A stretch of 64,000 nt of DNA from a virus. The translations under genes and the position numbers were made by a program. The DNA is taken from the IMG/VR virus record IMGVR_UViG_3300019850_000189, positions 64,001-128,000 of that record; one strand, 5' to 3'. Positions 36,053 through 44,912 of the stretch are shown here, piece after piece. The notes beneath the pieces are model-generated. The model had not been told where the DNA came from. It worked only from the letters and a program-made list of their open reading frames with translations, and ran no database searches. Within the stretch, counting starts at the first letter, position 1. Every line of letters starts with the position of its first letter.

Positions 36053-36126
36053 GCCCCCGTAGCTAAACGGAACAAGGCGCTGCGCTTCGAACGCAGATAT
36101 TCCAGGTTCGAATCCTGGCGGGGGTA
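36053..36126 (+). tRNA. tRNA-Arg(TCG)
   Basis: CTGCG CT TCG AA CGCAG; abuts tRNA-Cys with no spacer. Confidence 0.9.
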
Positions 36127-36142
36127 ATAAGAAGGAATCAGT

Positions 36143-36388
36143 ATGGATGCTAATAAACTTAGTAGGCTTCAAGAAATAAATTATAGAGTTTGTAAGGTAT
36201 GCGGTCTTTGTCAACATGGAAACTTCCCGAATAATGAATGGGGAACTTGTGATTTATATAATTATGAGCACTTAAAACACAGCAAAGTATTAAGAGAACT
36301 AAGTATCAACAAATCGGGCTCGTGTGATCATTTTGATTTAGATGAAGTAAAAGCCACAAAATTAGGAGCTTATAAAGGTCTTATTTAA
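36143..36388 (+). CDS. small Cys-rich protein
   Basis: CKVCGLCQH...GTC...GSC. Confidence 0.6.
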   Translation: MDANKLSRLQEINYRVCKVCGLCQHGNFPNNEWGTCDLYNYEHLKHSKVLRELSINKSGSCDHFDLDEVKATKLGAYKGLI

Positions 36389-36421
36389 CGGAACACAACT
36401 AGTTCAATAAATGGATAGAAT

Positions 36422-37228
36422 TTGATTATAGTGAAACCGATGCAGATGCTTTGGGACATATATAATGGAGGACATAATAGAGTTAATGCGAGATATTGCG
36501 AGGGATTTGCGGTATTTCCAAAATATAAATATCGCTTAAGGAAATTATCCATGGAAACTAAAGGAAATGAGCATTTACCGGATTACTTAGATGATAAGAC
36601 GCCATTTTTAACCTTAGTGAGGTGGAAATTAGAAAACATATGGTATTCTTTGAATAATGTTAAATGGTTTTTTCAGAAGGTTTTTAGAACTTATCACGCT
36701 TCTGATAGCGATTTATGGGGATTATATGAACACCTGGCTCCAATAATTTTGAAAAAATTAAAAGCCTTTAGATCATATCCGCTATCTGGATACCCTACGG
36801 ATTTTTCTGAATACGCAGAGAACGAATGGAAATCTAAAGATGAGTATGATAAGGCGAAAGCTGATGGCCAGTTTGTCGGTGGCGAGATGGAAGCGTGGCT
36901 AGCCACTCTTGACAAAATGATCTTTGCGTTCGAATTTATTATTATGCACGACCATCGTAATGAAAAGAAGCGCCAGAAACTTTTTGACAAATATGGACTC
37001 AAAGACCCTAATGCCATGATACCAGAAAATAAACATGTTAGTTATATTTATAGAACCAGTGATGGCACAACAACTTTTTTGAACCGGGCCCCAGAGGAAG
37101 AAAAAGATAAGACATATTTGGGCGAGAATGTTTTTTACTACAATGTGGATCTTGAACAACAGTATTGGGATAGAGTTCAAAAGGGACTTCACCTATTCGC
37201 CAAATACTTTCTGGGTCTTTGGGATTAA
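36422..37228 (+). CDS. hypothetical phage protein
   Basis: DLWGLYEHLAPIILKKLKAFR...LDKMIFAFE...GLHLFAKYFLGLWD; exact start uncertain. Confidence 0.7.
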   Translation: MIIVKPMQMLWDIYNGGHNRVNARYCEGFAVFPKYKYRLRKLSMETKGNEHLPDYLDDKTPFLTLVRWKLENIWYSLNNVKWFFQKVFRTYHASDSDLWGLYEHLAPIILKKLKAFRSYPLSGYPTDFSEYAENEWKSKDEYDKAKADGQFVGGEMEAWLATLDKMIFAFEFIIMHDHRNEKKRQKLFDKYGLKDPNAMIPENKHVSYIYRTSDGTTTFLNRAPEEEKDKTYLGENVFYYNVDLEQQYWDRVQKGLHLFAKYFLGLWD

Positions 37229-37236
37229 ATATATAA

Positions 37237-37308
37237 GCCCGCGTAGCCCAACGGAGAAGGCTGCAGTCTTCTAAACTGCAGATGGTGGTTCAATTCCACC
37301 CGCGGGCG
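37237..37308 (+). tRNA. tRNA-Arg(TCT)
   Basis: GCAGT CT TCT AA ACTGC. Confidence 0.9.
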
Positions 37309-37350
37309 CTCGGCCAGTTGGCCGGAAATTTATTTGGAGGTTTAAGTTTT

Positions 37351-37551
37351 ATGCAGGAAGGTTACGTGAAATGGTTTGATGAAAAGAAGGGATTTGGCTT
37401 CATTAGCAGAGATGATGGCGATGATCTTTTCGTTCATTATTCCGAAATTCAGAATGAAGGATTTAAAACATTAGCCGAGAATCAAAAAGTTTCTTTTGAA
37501 ATAAAAGAAGGTCCTAAAGGTTTGCAAGCTTCAAATGTAAAAATTCTTTAA
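37351..37551 (+). CDS. csp: cold-shock protein
   Basis: [15 protein letters not shown]...[16 protein letters not shown]...[18 protein letters not shown]. Confidence 0.95.
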   Translation: MQEGYVKWFDEKKGFGFISRDDGDDLFVHYSEIQNEGFKTLAENQKVSFEIKEGPKGLQASNVKIL

Positions 37552-37554
37552 TCG

Positions 37555-37588
37555 AAAAGATGGCCCCAATATTGGGGCCATCTTTTTT
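37555..37588 (+). terminator. intrinsic terminator
   Basis: AAAAGATGGCCCCAA/TTGGGGCCATCTTTT inverted repeat. Confidence 0.85.
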
Positions 37589-37590
37589 AA

Positions 37591-37821
37591 ATGGAAATAA
37601 TCATGAAATTTAATTTAGGTGATGAATTGAAAATTAAAGCTATAAGAGAAAAAAACAACCAACTCAAAAGCCAGATTTTATCCGCTTCAACTTCGGAGCT
37701 GCCTTTGGAAATTGCGCATATCTTTAAGTTCCTGGAGAATATTAATGAACAAGTTAGAGAATTATTAGAATTACTCAAAAAAGCTAATTCAAATGGCATG
37801 AGCCATATGAAATCAGATTGA
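37591..37821 (+). CDS. hypothetical protein
   Basis: 76 aa ORF. Confidence 0.45.
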   Translation: MEIIMKFNLGDELKIKAIREKNNQLKSQILSASTSELPLEIAHIFKFLENINEQVRELLELLKKANSNGMSHMKSD

Positions 37822-37894
37822 GCTCCTGTAGTCTAGCTGGAAAAAATGCGGGTTTCCTAAACCTGATCCGCGGGTTCGAATCCCGCCAGGAGCA
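37822..37894 (+). tRNA. tRNA-Arg(CCT)
   Basis: CGGGT TT CCT AA ACCTG. Confidence 0.85.
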
Positions 37895-37930
37895 AATTAA
37901 TTTAATATAAAATATTTTAGGGGAGTTATT

Positions 37931-38848
37931 ATGCATGTTTTTTATCACTGCAGAGATCTTGACGGGCGTTGTTCCGGCGCAATCGCCAGATACTATCATG
38001 AGAATACAAAAAAAAATAGTAAAGTTGTAATGCACCCATTTGATTATGGATATTCATTTCCATTTGATGAAATAACTGACGGCGAGAAAGTATGGATGCT
38101 TGATGTATCTACCAATCCATATGATATAATGTTAGAAATTAATAATAGATATGATCTCACGGTTATAGATCATCATGCATCATTTATAAATTCTGGAATC
38201 CCTGAGAAATTAAATGGAAAGTTTGAAATCGGCAAGGCTGCCTGCGAACTTACTTGGAAGCACTGTTATGGTTATGGTTCTGGGATGCCAAGATTGGTTC
38301 ACTTATTAGGACGCTATGATGTCTGGGATAAATCAGATCTAGATATTTGGAACAAATACATTCTTCCAACACAGATGGGCGTACAACTGAAAAATGTGGA
38401 TCCAAAAGATGGTTTCGAATTCTGGAAGATGTATTTTGATGATCATTTTGGAACAGGCGACACGGGTATTGTTGAAACTACGATAAATAAACAGGGTTCT
38501 ATTGTTTTAGCTTATCAATATCAAATGGACAAAAAAAATGTGAATCTGAATTCTTTCGCTGCTAAGTTTTTAGATTTTAATGCCATATGTTTAAACTCGG
38601 CGCGTTCCAATTCACAAGTTTTCGAATCCGTATGGGATCCTAATAAATATGATCTTATGTTTTTCTGGAGTAGCGTAAAGGGAGAAAGATACACATGCTC
38701 TATAATTACCGATAAACCCAATATAGATGTCAGTAAGATAGCAAGTGCCTTCGGCGGAGGTGGCCACAAGCAGGCGGCAGGATTCCAATGCAAAAATGTA
38801 GTGATTTCTTCAGAATCAGAAGGTAAAAGAATTATCATAAATATGTAA
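37931..38848 (+). CDS. DHH/DHHA1-family phosphoesterase
   Basis: FYHCRDLDGRCSG, WMLD, VIDHHAS, GGGGHKQAAGF. Confidence 0.88.
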   Translation: MHVFYHCRDLDGRCSGAIARYYHENTKKNSKVVMHPFDYGYSFPFDEITDGEKVWMLDVSTNPYDIMLEINNRYDLTVIDHHASFINSGIPEKLNGKFEIGKAACELTWKHCYGYGSGMPRLVHLLGRYDVWDKSDLDIWNKYILPTQMGVQLKNVDPKDGFEFWKMYFDDHFGTGDTGIVETTINKQGSIVLAYQYQMDKKNVNLNSFAAKFLDFNAICLNSARSNSQVFESVWDPNKYDLMFFWSSVKGERYTCSIITDKPNIDVSKIASAFGGGGHKQAAGFQCKNVVISSESEGKRIIINM

Positions 38849-39057
38849 TATATATATTATTAAACCACCAAGAATACCAAGATAAACTTTCTATCCCTTA
38901 AAGTAAACAATGCTTACTTTAAAAAGTAGGGTGGTGTATGGCAAAAACCATTAGCGCGAAAAATAAAAGACAAGAATTTTTCTGTAAATATTGTGGTGGC
39001 AAAATAGATGTCTTCGCAGAATAAAAAAAAACATATAGAAGTCAAAGGGAGTGGTAA

Positions 39058-39303
39058 ATGAGTTGGACAGTTATGTGGCGTGATATATTCACACCTATTG
39101 TTTTAGTCGGTCTCTTTTCTATGAATTTTATTACTTTATTCATAGCTATTCGTCGAGAGAAAAGGGATACCAAAAGAAACAGAGAAAATATAGTAAGAAA
39201 CGCGAAGCAAATTGCGAGAAATTACAAATTGTTAAAAGAAGCTTCGCGTGGCCACGCAGCACTAGAAAAAAAGCAGTTAAAACAAAACCTTCCTATGAAT
39301 TAG
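39058..39303 (+). CDS. single-TM membrane protein
   Basis: Hydrophobic N-terminal segment followed by a coiled coil. Confidence 0.55.
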   Translation: MSWTVMWRDIFTPIVLVGLFSMNFITLFIAIRREKRDTKRNRENIVRNAKQIARNYKLLKEASRGHAALEKKQLKQNLPMN

Positions 39304-39363
39304 CATCGGAAATTTATCTGAAAAACGGACGTTAAAAAGCTGAGTAAGAACTTAAACAACATT

Positions 39364-39696
39364 TTGCTCAAAGATAACTGTATGAAGCTAAAGATGGGTG
39401 ATATAGTAATAAAACAAATGAGCAGTCCGAAAGGCCGTAATATTTATGTGTTTATAAAAAAGGAACATAATTCTCCTTTCTCCAAGGTATTCTATATCGG
39501 AGATACTCTATTTAAAACAGATGAATCGAGTGCTATTATATTTAAAAGGCCCAGTGACATAAAATATTTTAGTATTATACTACATAGTTTTTGGAAACCA
39601 ACTCCAGAGGAATTAGCTGAATTATTCCATGGAAAATCGTTATTGGTACCAAAGCAGACTATTGTTAAAATTATGACGCAATTAGATGAATTCTAA
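39364..39696 (+). CDS. hypothetical protein
   Basis: 110 aa ORF; start uncertain. Confidence 0.45.
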   Translation: MLKDNCMKLKMGDIVIKQMSSPKGRNIYVFIKKEHNSPFSKVFYIGDTLFKTDESSAIIFKRPSDIKYFSIILHSFWKPTPEELAELFHGKSLLVPKQTIVKIMTQLDEF

Positions 39697-39707
39697 TATG
39701 TTAAGAA

Positions 39708-39977
39708 GTGTTTAAAATGAATTTTAATAATGCCTTAGAAGAATCTTCATGGGTTCAAGGAGTTACCACATCATCAACTTCTCCACCAAGGGGTATTTTT
39801 TCTAAAAGTGCTGAAGAGGTTGCCAAGGTTATGACAAAAAAAAGTATTAGCCCGAAAGGTCCTGGATCTGCCATTAAAATGATTCAGTATTTTATTAATA
39901 GAGCCGGCAAAAAATTAAGCGCAAAAAGAAAACGAGAATTAGAAAAAGCTAAAAAGATAATTCAGACAAAATCATGA
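39708..39977 (+). CDS. DUF3175-like protein
   Basis: GSAIKMIQYFINRAGKKLSAKRKRELEKAK resembles DUF3175 as recalled. Confidence 0.55.
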   Translation: MFKMNFNNALEESSWVQGVTTSSTSPPRGIFSKSAEEVAKVMTKKSISPKGPGSAIKMIQYFINRAGKKLSAKRKRELEKAKKIIQTKS

Positions 39978-40099
39978 TACATATATATAACCGTGATAAT
40001 TCTTACGGTATATGATGGGGGACACAATGACATAGTCAGCAAGAGGACCTTGAATATCTCCTGTTTGCCAACCTAAATTAAACAATAGGAGATATTAAA

Positions 40100-40570
40100 A
40101 TGACGAAAGAAAAATATTTAGAAATTAAGCAGGAACTTAAAAACCTCGCAAAAAAAATCAAAAAAACAAAACCAATCTTTAGGCGAGCTCAGAGAGATTT
40201 TTCACTGTTCCAGAATGTCAATGGCACATATGCGCAGCTGATGAATTCTGGCAAATGGTCTAGAATAAGAGATGAATATCGTGAACTTGAAGATGCTCCC
40301 AGTGAAACAAATCTCAAACATTACCAATTTGTATATAGGCATAAACACATTGCATACTGTTTATTGCGAGGAAGAACTCGCGATGAGATTGAACGGCCTA
40401 GCAATAGCAATAGCAATATGCCATCTGAGTATGAGATCATGATGATCCTTAAAAAATGGGGTGTCAGCACAAAGCAGACAAATGGTCGCAACATTATTGA
40501 TTGGGCAAAGGAAGAATTTGTTCCAAAGAGAGCAAGAAGATCAGTCGCGAAAGAGGCCTTGAAAGTATGA
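40100..40570 (+). CDS. hypothetical phage protein
   Basis: RHKHIAYCLLRGRTRDEIE; AGGAG RBS. Confidence 0.7.
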   Translation: MTKEKYLEIKQELKNLAKKIKKTKPIFRRAQRDFSLFQNVNGTYAQLMNSGKWSRIRDEYRELEDAPSETNLKHYQFVYRHKHIAYCLLRGRTRDEIERPSNSNSNMPSEYEIMMILKKWGVSTKQTNGRNIIDWAKEEFVPKRARRSVAKEALKV

Positions 40571-41136
40571 AGGTAAAAGATTTCATAGCTATGCTCCAGA
40601 AAGAGAACCTTGAGGATCACGTCAGGGTTCCCGGTGGGGCTGTGCTTTTTGCCGAGTCGAAGCCAGGATATTGGGATGGCGCTTACAGCTATCGCGATGG
40701 CGAGAATTTTGTTATCTCCACACGTGGGTCAAAGGTTGATATTATTACTCAAGATGCTGATGATTTTATTTGGGAAAATGATGGCGATTATTCAAAGATT
40801 ATTTTGGATTTTCATGGTTATAGCGGAGAAACATTAAAACGTCACATAAAGAAATATAAGGATAAATTTGAAGAAACAGCTCAGCAAGTTAAGCAATTTC
40901 ATCAGCGTTCTTTAGAATCACATTTCTATGCTGTGGCAAAGAAGCTGAAAGAAGGTTGGAAAATCCGTGAGGATAAGAATGAAAAATCACGGTCAAAAAT
41001 GACTATGTCTTATGTTAAAGATGGAAAGAAAGACAAAAGAATGTGTATGGGTGATTGCCAAACTGTGCACAAAAGTGGCTTATTTGTGTCTTATGATGAA
41101 GGTAAAAGATACAGGTATTGGAAAATAGCCGCATAA
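40567..41136 (+). CDS. hypothetical protein
   Basis: MKVKDFIAMLQK start coupled to the upstream stop. Confidence 0.6.
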   Translation: MKVKDFIAMLQKENLEDHVRVPGGAVLFAESKPGYWDGAYSYRDGENFVISTRGSKVDIITQDADDFIWENDGDYSKIILDFHGYSGETLKRHIKKYKDKFEETAQQVKQFHQRSLESHFYAVAKKLKEGWKIREDKNEKSRSKMTMSYVKDGKKDKRMCMGDCQTVHKSGLFVSYDEGKRYRYWKIAA

Positions 41137-41148
41137 AGCGCGCTGTGT

Positions 41149-41220
41149 GTGCCCGTAGCTCAGTTGGTGTAGCTGGAGGCTCTAACCCTTCGTGTGTGGG
41201 TTCGAATCCCACCGGGCACT
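41149..41220 (+). tRNA. amber-suppressor tRNA (anticodon CTA)
   Basis: GTGCCCG/CGGGCAC acceptor; GGAGG CT CTA AC CCTTC; GTGGG TTCGAAT CCCAC. Confidence 0.8.
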
Positions 41221-41229
41221 AATATTCAC

Positions 41230-41258
41230 TTTACAATATGTAAGATATATATTATAAT
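41230..41258 (+). promoter_or_regulatory. sigma70-type promoter
   Basis: TTTACA-17-TATAAT. Confidence 0.7.
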
Positions 41259-41276
41259 AAGAGTAGGAGAAAACAG

Positions 41277-41687
41277 ATGGGCAACTGGTCAACTTTCATT
41301 ATTAATAGTTATGGCAAGGTTACCGATAAAATCAAATTTAAAAACATGCGCGTAGAGTTTAATAGGGGACATCTTGTTTTTCATGAGAATAGCATAAAGA
41401 GAACTAATTTGGCTGTGAATGAAGGTATGCTATCTTACAGGGATTTGATTATATTAGTCAGAAGATATGGACAATGTTCCTTCTTTACTCTATGGAGCAA
41501 TAATAGAGGCGTTGTTGGCATCAATCGTCGCAATATAGATGATGATATACGTAAAAAAGATATATCGCAGCTCAAAAAGTTCCTTAATACTTACAAGGAT
41601 AACATTCCTGAAAATTTGTCTGAAATAGATGTGGTCGGGGTATATAAGGCTTATATTAAAAGGAAAAAAAGTGCAGATAATAGATAA
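41277..41687 (+). CDS. hypothetical protein
   Basis: AGGAG RBS. Confidence 0.55.
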   Translation: MGNWSTFIINSYGKVTDKIKFKNMRVEFNRGHLVFHENSIKRTNLAVNEGMLSYRDLIILVRRYGQCSFFTLWSNNRGVVGINRRNIDDDIRKKDISQLKKFLNTYKDNIPENLSEIDVVGVYKAYIKRKKSADNR

Positions 41688-41994
41688 AATCGTTGACAGA
41701 ATGTGGGATTATATTGTGTCGCGTCCTATGGAGCGCAGCTTAAAATATATGGATGAACACCGCGGTGGGAAACAGAATCTAAAAGTTCAATCTAATTGTG
41801 ATAAATTGGCTTCCATGGGACTGGGTATGGATACATATATTGGGCTTCAGGCTAAAGCCCAGGCTAAAGCCGAATCAATTATAGGCAATATGAGCAATAG
41901 TAAGCTATTTAAATTTTACTTTACTTTATTTTTTCATTTTTATAGGATTCTAGCCTGGTTCAAGAGACCATTCTTTCTGTTTGAGATATTTTAA
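41629..41994 (+). CDS. hypothetical protein
   Basis: 121 aa ORF; start may be GTG 41671. Confidence 0.45.
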   Translation: MWSGYIRLILKGKKVQIIDKIVDRMWDYIVSRPMERSLKYMDEHRGGKQNLKVQSNCDKLASMGLGMDTYIGLQAKAQAKAESIIGNMSNSKLFKFYFTLFFHFYRILAWFKRPFFLFEIF

Positions 41995-42377
41995 GCCTCT
42001 TGGTAAAATGGCCTTGATTTCCTCTTAGCAGCACCTTTCATTTTTAAACCTATTTCTCTTTTCTGTCGGTTCATTTCTTTTTCATATTCCACCTTTCCCA
42101 TGTAGCTGGAAAATGTTCTGTCGGCAGCTGCCTGTATTTTTTGAGCAGATGGATCATCCTCACTCATACCGGCATTTGTCAGCCTTGATATAACTTGATT
42201 ACCAGAAAGTGGTTTCCCAGTTGCATCATCTCTAACAACTCCTATAAGTCTGACAAGAGCGTCTATACCGACTGGAATTCTTTTGGATTTCCATAGAGAA
42301 ACAACTTGACTTATTTTAGATTCATTAAGTCTCACAATTTCAGAGACTATTTCATTTAATTTCATATTTTTATCCAT
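41991..42377 (-). CDS. hypothetical protein
   Basis: MKLNEIVSEIVRLNE-type start. Confidence 0.6.
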   Translation of the reverse strand: MDKNMKLNEIVSEIVRLNESKISQVVSLWKSKRIPVGIDALVRLIGVVRDDATGKPLSGNQVISRLTNAGMSEDDPSAQKIQAAADRTFSSYMGKVEYEKEMNRQKREIGLKMKGAAKRKSRPFYQEA

Positions 42378-42727
42378 CCCTTGAAGACTTCAATTATAGC
42401 ATTTTGTTTATTGTATGATGTCACGCCATTTTCACCTATAAAAACCCAGTCGCTTCTATCAATTAAATTGCGCATCAAATAGAAATTAGGACCTTTCGGA
42501 TGTTTGAACTGCATAATCTTTTCATAAGGAAATTCATGCCTGGGCAGTTTATTTTTTGCTTCTTCGGAATATCTCTCTATATCAACACGAAGATCTTTTG
42601 GCACCTTTTGCCATTTTTCATGAGGAATGTAATATGTCTCTTCTGGAACACCCAAGAAGATTGTGTCATATACCCAGTCATCATTTACTATTTGATATAT
42701 TTGTGGTCCTGTTTTATTTGATTTCAT
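42362..42727 (-). CDS. hypothetical protein, paralogue family member 1
   Basis: YEKIMQFKHP...LIDRSDWVFIGENGV. Confidence 0.65.
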   Translation of the reverse strand: MKSNKTGPQIYQIVNDDWVYDTIFLGVPEETYYIPHEKWQKVPKDLRVDIERYSEEAKNKLPRHEFPYEKIMQFKHPKGPNFYLMRNLIDRSDWVFIGENGVTSYNKQNAIIEVFKGWIKI

Positions 42728-42763
42728 ATTTTATCCGCATCGACAATTCGCCACTTTTTTCGA

Positions 42764-42958
42764 TTATTCTATTTCCTTAATTATCTTAGTTTTGGCAGCA
42801 CTTTTGACGGCCTTTATTCCATTTAAACATGCTTGATACGAATTATATGATTCTCCAATAGCCACTATCTCATGATTAGTAGCCTTGAGGCGAAATCTCC
42901 ACTTTTTATTTTTATCTCGGATTATTTCGAAATAGCCTTTTCTTCTTCTAAGTTTCAT
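42764..42958 (-). CDS. YegP/DUF1508-family protein
   Basis: YFEIIRDKNKKWRFRLKATNHEIVAIGESYNSYQACLNGIKAVK. Confidence 0.85.
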   Translation of the reverse strand: MKLRRRKGYFEIIRDKNKKWRFRLKATNHEIVAIGESYNSYQACLNGIKAVKSAAKTKIIKEIE

Positions 42959-43302
42959 TTATATCCTCTTTTGAATGTATAAATCATAGCGTCTTTTTTA
43001 TTTTTCGTTGTCAAACCCTCAAAACCGATAAAAACCCATTCGGAAGGGTCTAATAACTCCTGTAAGAGCGCGATGTATACATCATACTTTTCTACACTCG
43101 AAGGGTGTTTGAATTTAGTCACTAATCTATAAGGTCTATATTTTTTCCCGTGTTTTCGAGCACAGCTTTTTGATGCTTGAGAGATTAATGTTTTAAGCGG
43201 CTCAGATAATTTGTCAACAATGTGCTTAAGGTAGTCCCCGCAGAAAATGTTGCTGTATGTAAATCCAGGTTTTTCTATATAATATATTTTATCATAGTCC
43301 AT
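42955..43302 (-). CDS. hypothetical protein, paralogue family member 2
   Basis: YRLVTKFKHP...LLDPSEWVFIGFEGL. Confidence 0.65.
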   Translation of the reverse strand: MDYDKIYYIEKPGFTYSNIFCGDYLKHIVDKLSEPLKTLISQASKSCARKHGKKYRPYRLVTKFKHPSSVEKYDVYIALLQELLDPSEWVFIGFEGLTTKNKKDAMIYTFKRGYK

Positions 43303-43642
43303 GATGTCTGCCCTCTATCAGCTTTTGTATAGCATAAGGTTTTGTTACTGCTTTTACGCCACTTGCACCAACAAAAACCCAATCAGAGGCATCAAAGAGA
43401 CTTTGTAATAATATAACTTTTACAGATTCATGTTCCTTAAAGTGATTAAAACTAATTATTTTTACATAGGGAACATCCAGCGAGCCCATGCGGCTTTGGT
43501 CTGTTTTGCCGGCACGAATAATAGATGATTTAAGCTTCTCTGGAATTTTATCGAGGATGCTTTTAATGAGAGCAAGACTATGGAAAATTATATCGTAAGT
43601 ACTGCCAGTATTTGTTATAAAATATATTCTTTGCATTATCAA
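43292..43642 (-). CDS. hypothetical protein, paralogue family member 3
   Basis: YVKIISFNHF...LFDASDWVFVGASGV. Confidence 0.65.
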   Translation of the reverse strand: MIMQRIYFITNTGSTYDIIFHSLALIKSILDKIPEKLKSSIIRAGKTDQSRMGSLDVPYVKIISFNHFKEHESVKVILLQSLFDASDWVFVGASGVKAVTKPYAIQKLIEGRHHGL

Positions 43643-43744
43643 TTTATCTTTGGAATTACACCAATATATTTTAATGTTTGCGAAAGATAATGTAACGAAG
43701 TCATGGTCTCATAATTGATTTTTCGAAGGCGCGGGAGCAATTAA

Positions 43745-44044
43745 ATGGGGTTCGAAATTGGAGATTTACTTATTCAAGGGGATGAGAGTCGTCCACCAGG
43801 TTCTTCTAGAGCTATACTTTTTGTTATCCGTAAAGCAGGAAGATTTAAACCGTCTTTTTTGATACTTGGAAGGTTTATTTACGATCAATATCTTAAAAAA
43901 AGTGCTATAATTTACAAACGATATCAAGACCTTTATAATACCAATGATATAAAAAAGATAACTCCAGGTGAGAGGAAACTTATTTATAAGGCAATGTCCA
44001 AAAAACCGCAATTTAAAAGAAAAATTATAGATTTTCTATTTTAA
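43745..44044 (+). CDS. hypothetical protein
   Basis: MGFEIGDLLIQ; GGGAG RBS. Confidence 0.55.
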   Translation: MGFEIGDLLIQGDESRPPGSSRAILFVIRKAGRFKPSFLILGRFIYDQYLKKSAIIYKRYQDLYNTNDIKKITPGERKLIYKAMSKKPQFKRKIIDFLF

Positions 44045-44174
44045 GAGTAAGTAGTGAATAAGTGGATGGATGCTATGATATTATTTATTCCTGGTTTCCG
44101 AAAAAGCACAAAATGAGATTTTATAAAAGTATTTAATATTTATCTCAAAGATAAGACATAGATATATATCGTAG

Positions 44175-44519
44175 GGGGGTGAATTGGCTTCGACAGAGAG
44201 TAACTGACACTAAAATTTATGCCAAGGTTCGCCAGGCCTTGTAAAACAGGGCGACTTATTAAAATAAATGCTGATGAAAATTTAGCACTTGCCGCTTAAT
44301 TAGCGGCTGTTCTTCTATTATTTGTTTTTGGTAGTAGAAAGAGCATCAGAAACAAAAACTCGTCAACTTACTCAAACTTGTAGGTAAGATGATTAAATTA
44401 TCCAAGATATTCTTTCTTTGGTCGCTTGAGAACCAAGATAGAAGAAAATAATCTCAAGATAAGCATATAAAAAGTAGTGGATTTCTCTCTGGACTCCGGA
44501 TCGTTACCGGACACCTCCA
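44175..44519 (+). ncRNA. ssrA: tmRNA; tag peptide (A)ADENLALAA* at 44270-44299
   Basis: 5' GGGGGTGAATTGGCTTCGAC, 3' GGACTCCGGATCGTTACCGGACACCTCCA with G3-U70; tag ORF ending LALAA*. Confidence 0.92.
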
Positions 44520-44583
44520 TATTATTAACCATTATAGGAGAATATTATAAAGTGTATGCTTCAGCCTGTTCCCAGGGGTATTA

Positions 44584-44889
44584 ATGCCATTAAAAAAAGA
44601 TTATTCAAAACCTAAAGTAGGTGATGTTCGATATTATATTTTTGGAAATCCCGATCCGTTTCAAATGACAATGATGGTTGTAGATGTGGTGGATGTAATA
44701 AGAAGTCCAGCTTATTTTAGAATGGTCGATGTTGAAGTAAAAAATGTGATAATAGACGACAACCCAATAGAAATACGAGAGCCGGGTTCTACCTTTGAGG
44801 CTCCGCGGGAATATTTGGTAGATACACTACAAAATGCCAAGCGTCGACTTATACAAATGACTTTGGCCACGAGACAATATAAAAAGTAA
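44584..44889 (+). CDS. hypothetical protein
   Basis: 101 aa ORF. Confidence 0.55.
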   Translation: MPLKKDYSKPKVGDVRYYIFGNPDPFQMTMMVVDVVDVIRSPAYFRMVDVEVKNVIIDDNPIEIREPGSTFEAPREYLVDTLQNAKRRLIQMTLATRQYKK

Positions 44890-44912
44890 AAAAATAAAAG
44901 AAGGAGAATAAT

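Noticed and set aside
14743-37351. Long N-terminal extensions in the ORF track (14743, 17643, 19363, 20030, 24161, 29833, 31653, 37282)
   Set aside because: They run through tRNAs, structured RNA or promoters; downstream ATGs with RBS were used instead
41149-41220. tRNA-Pyl
   Set aside because: It has a normal 5-bp anticodon stem and D-loop with GG; no pyl genes are in the window
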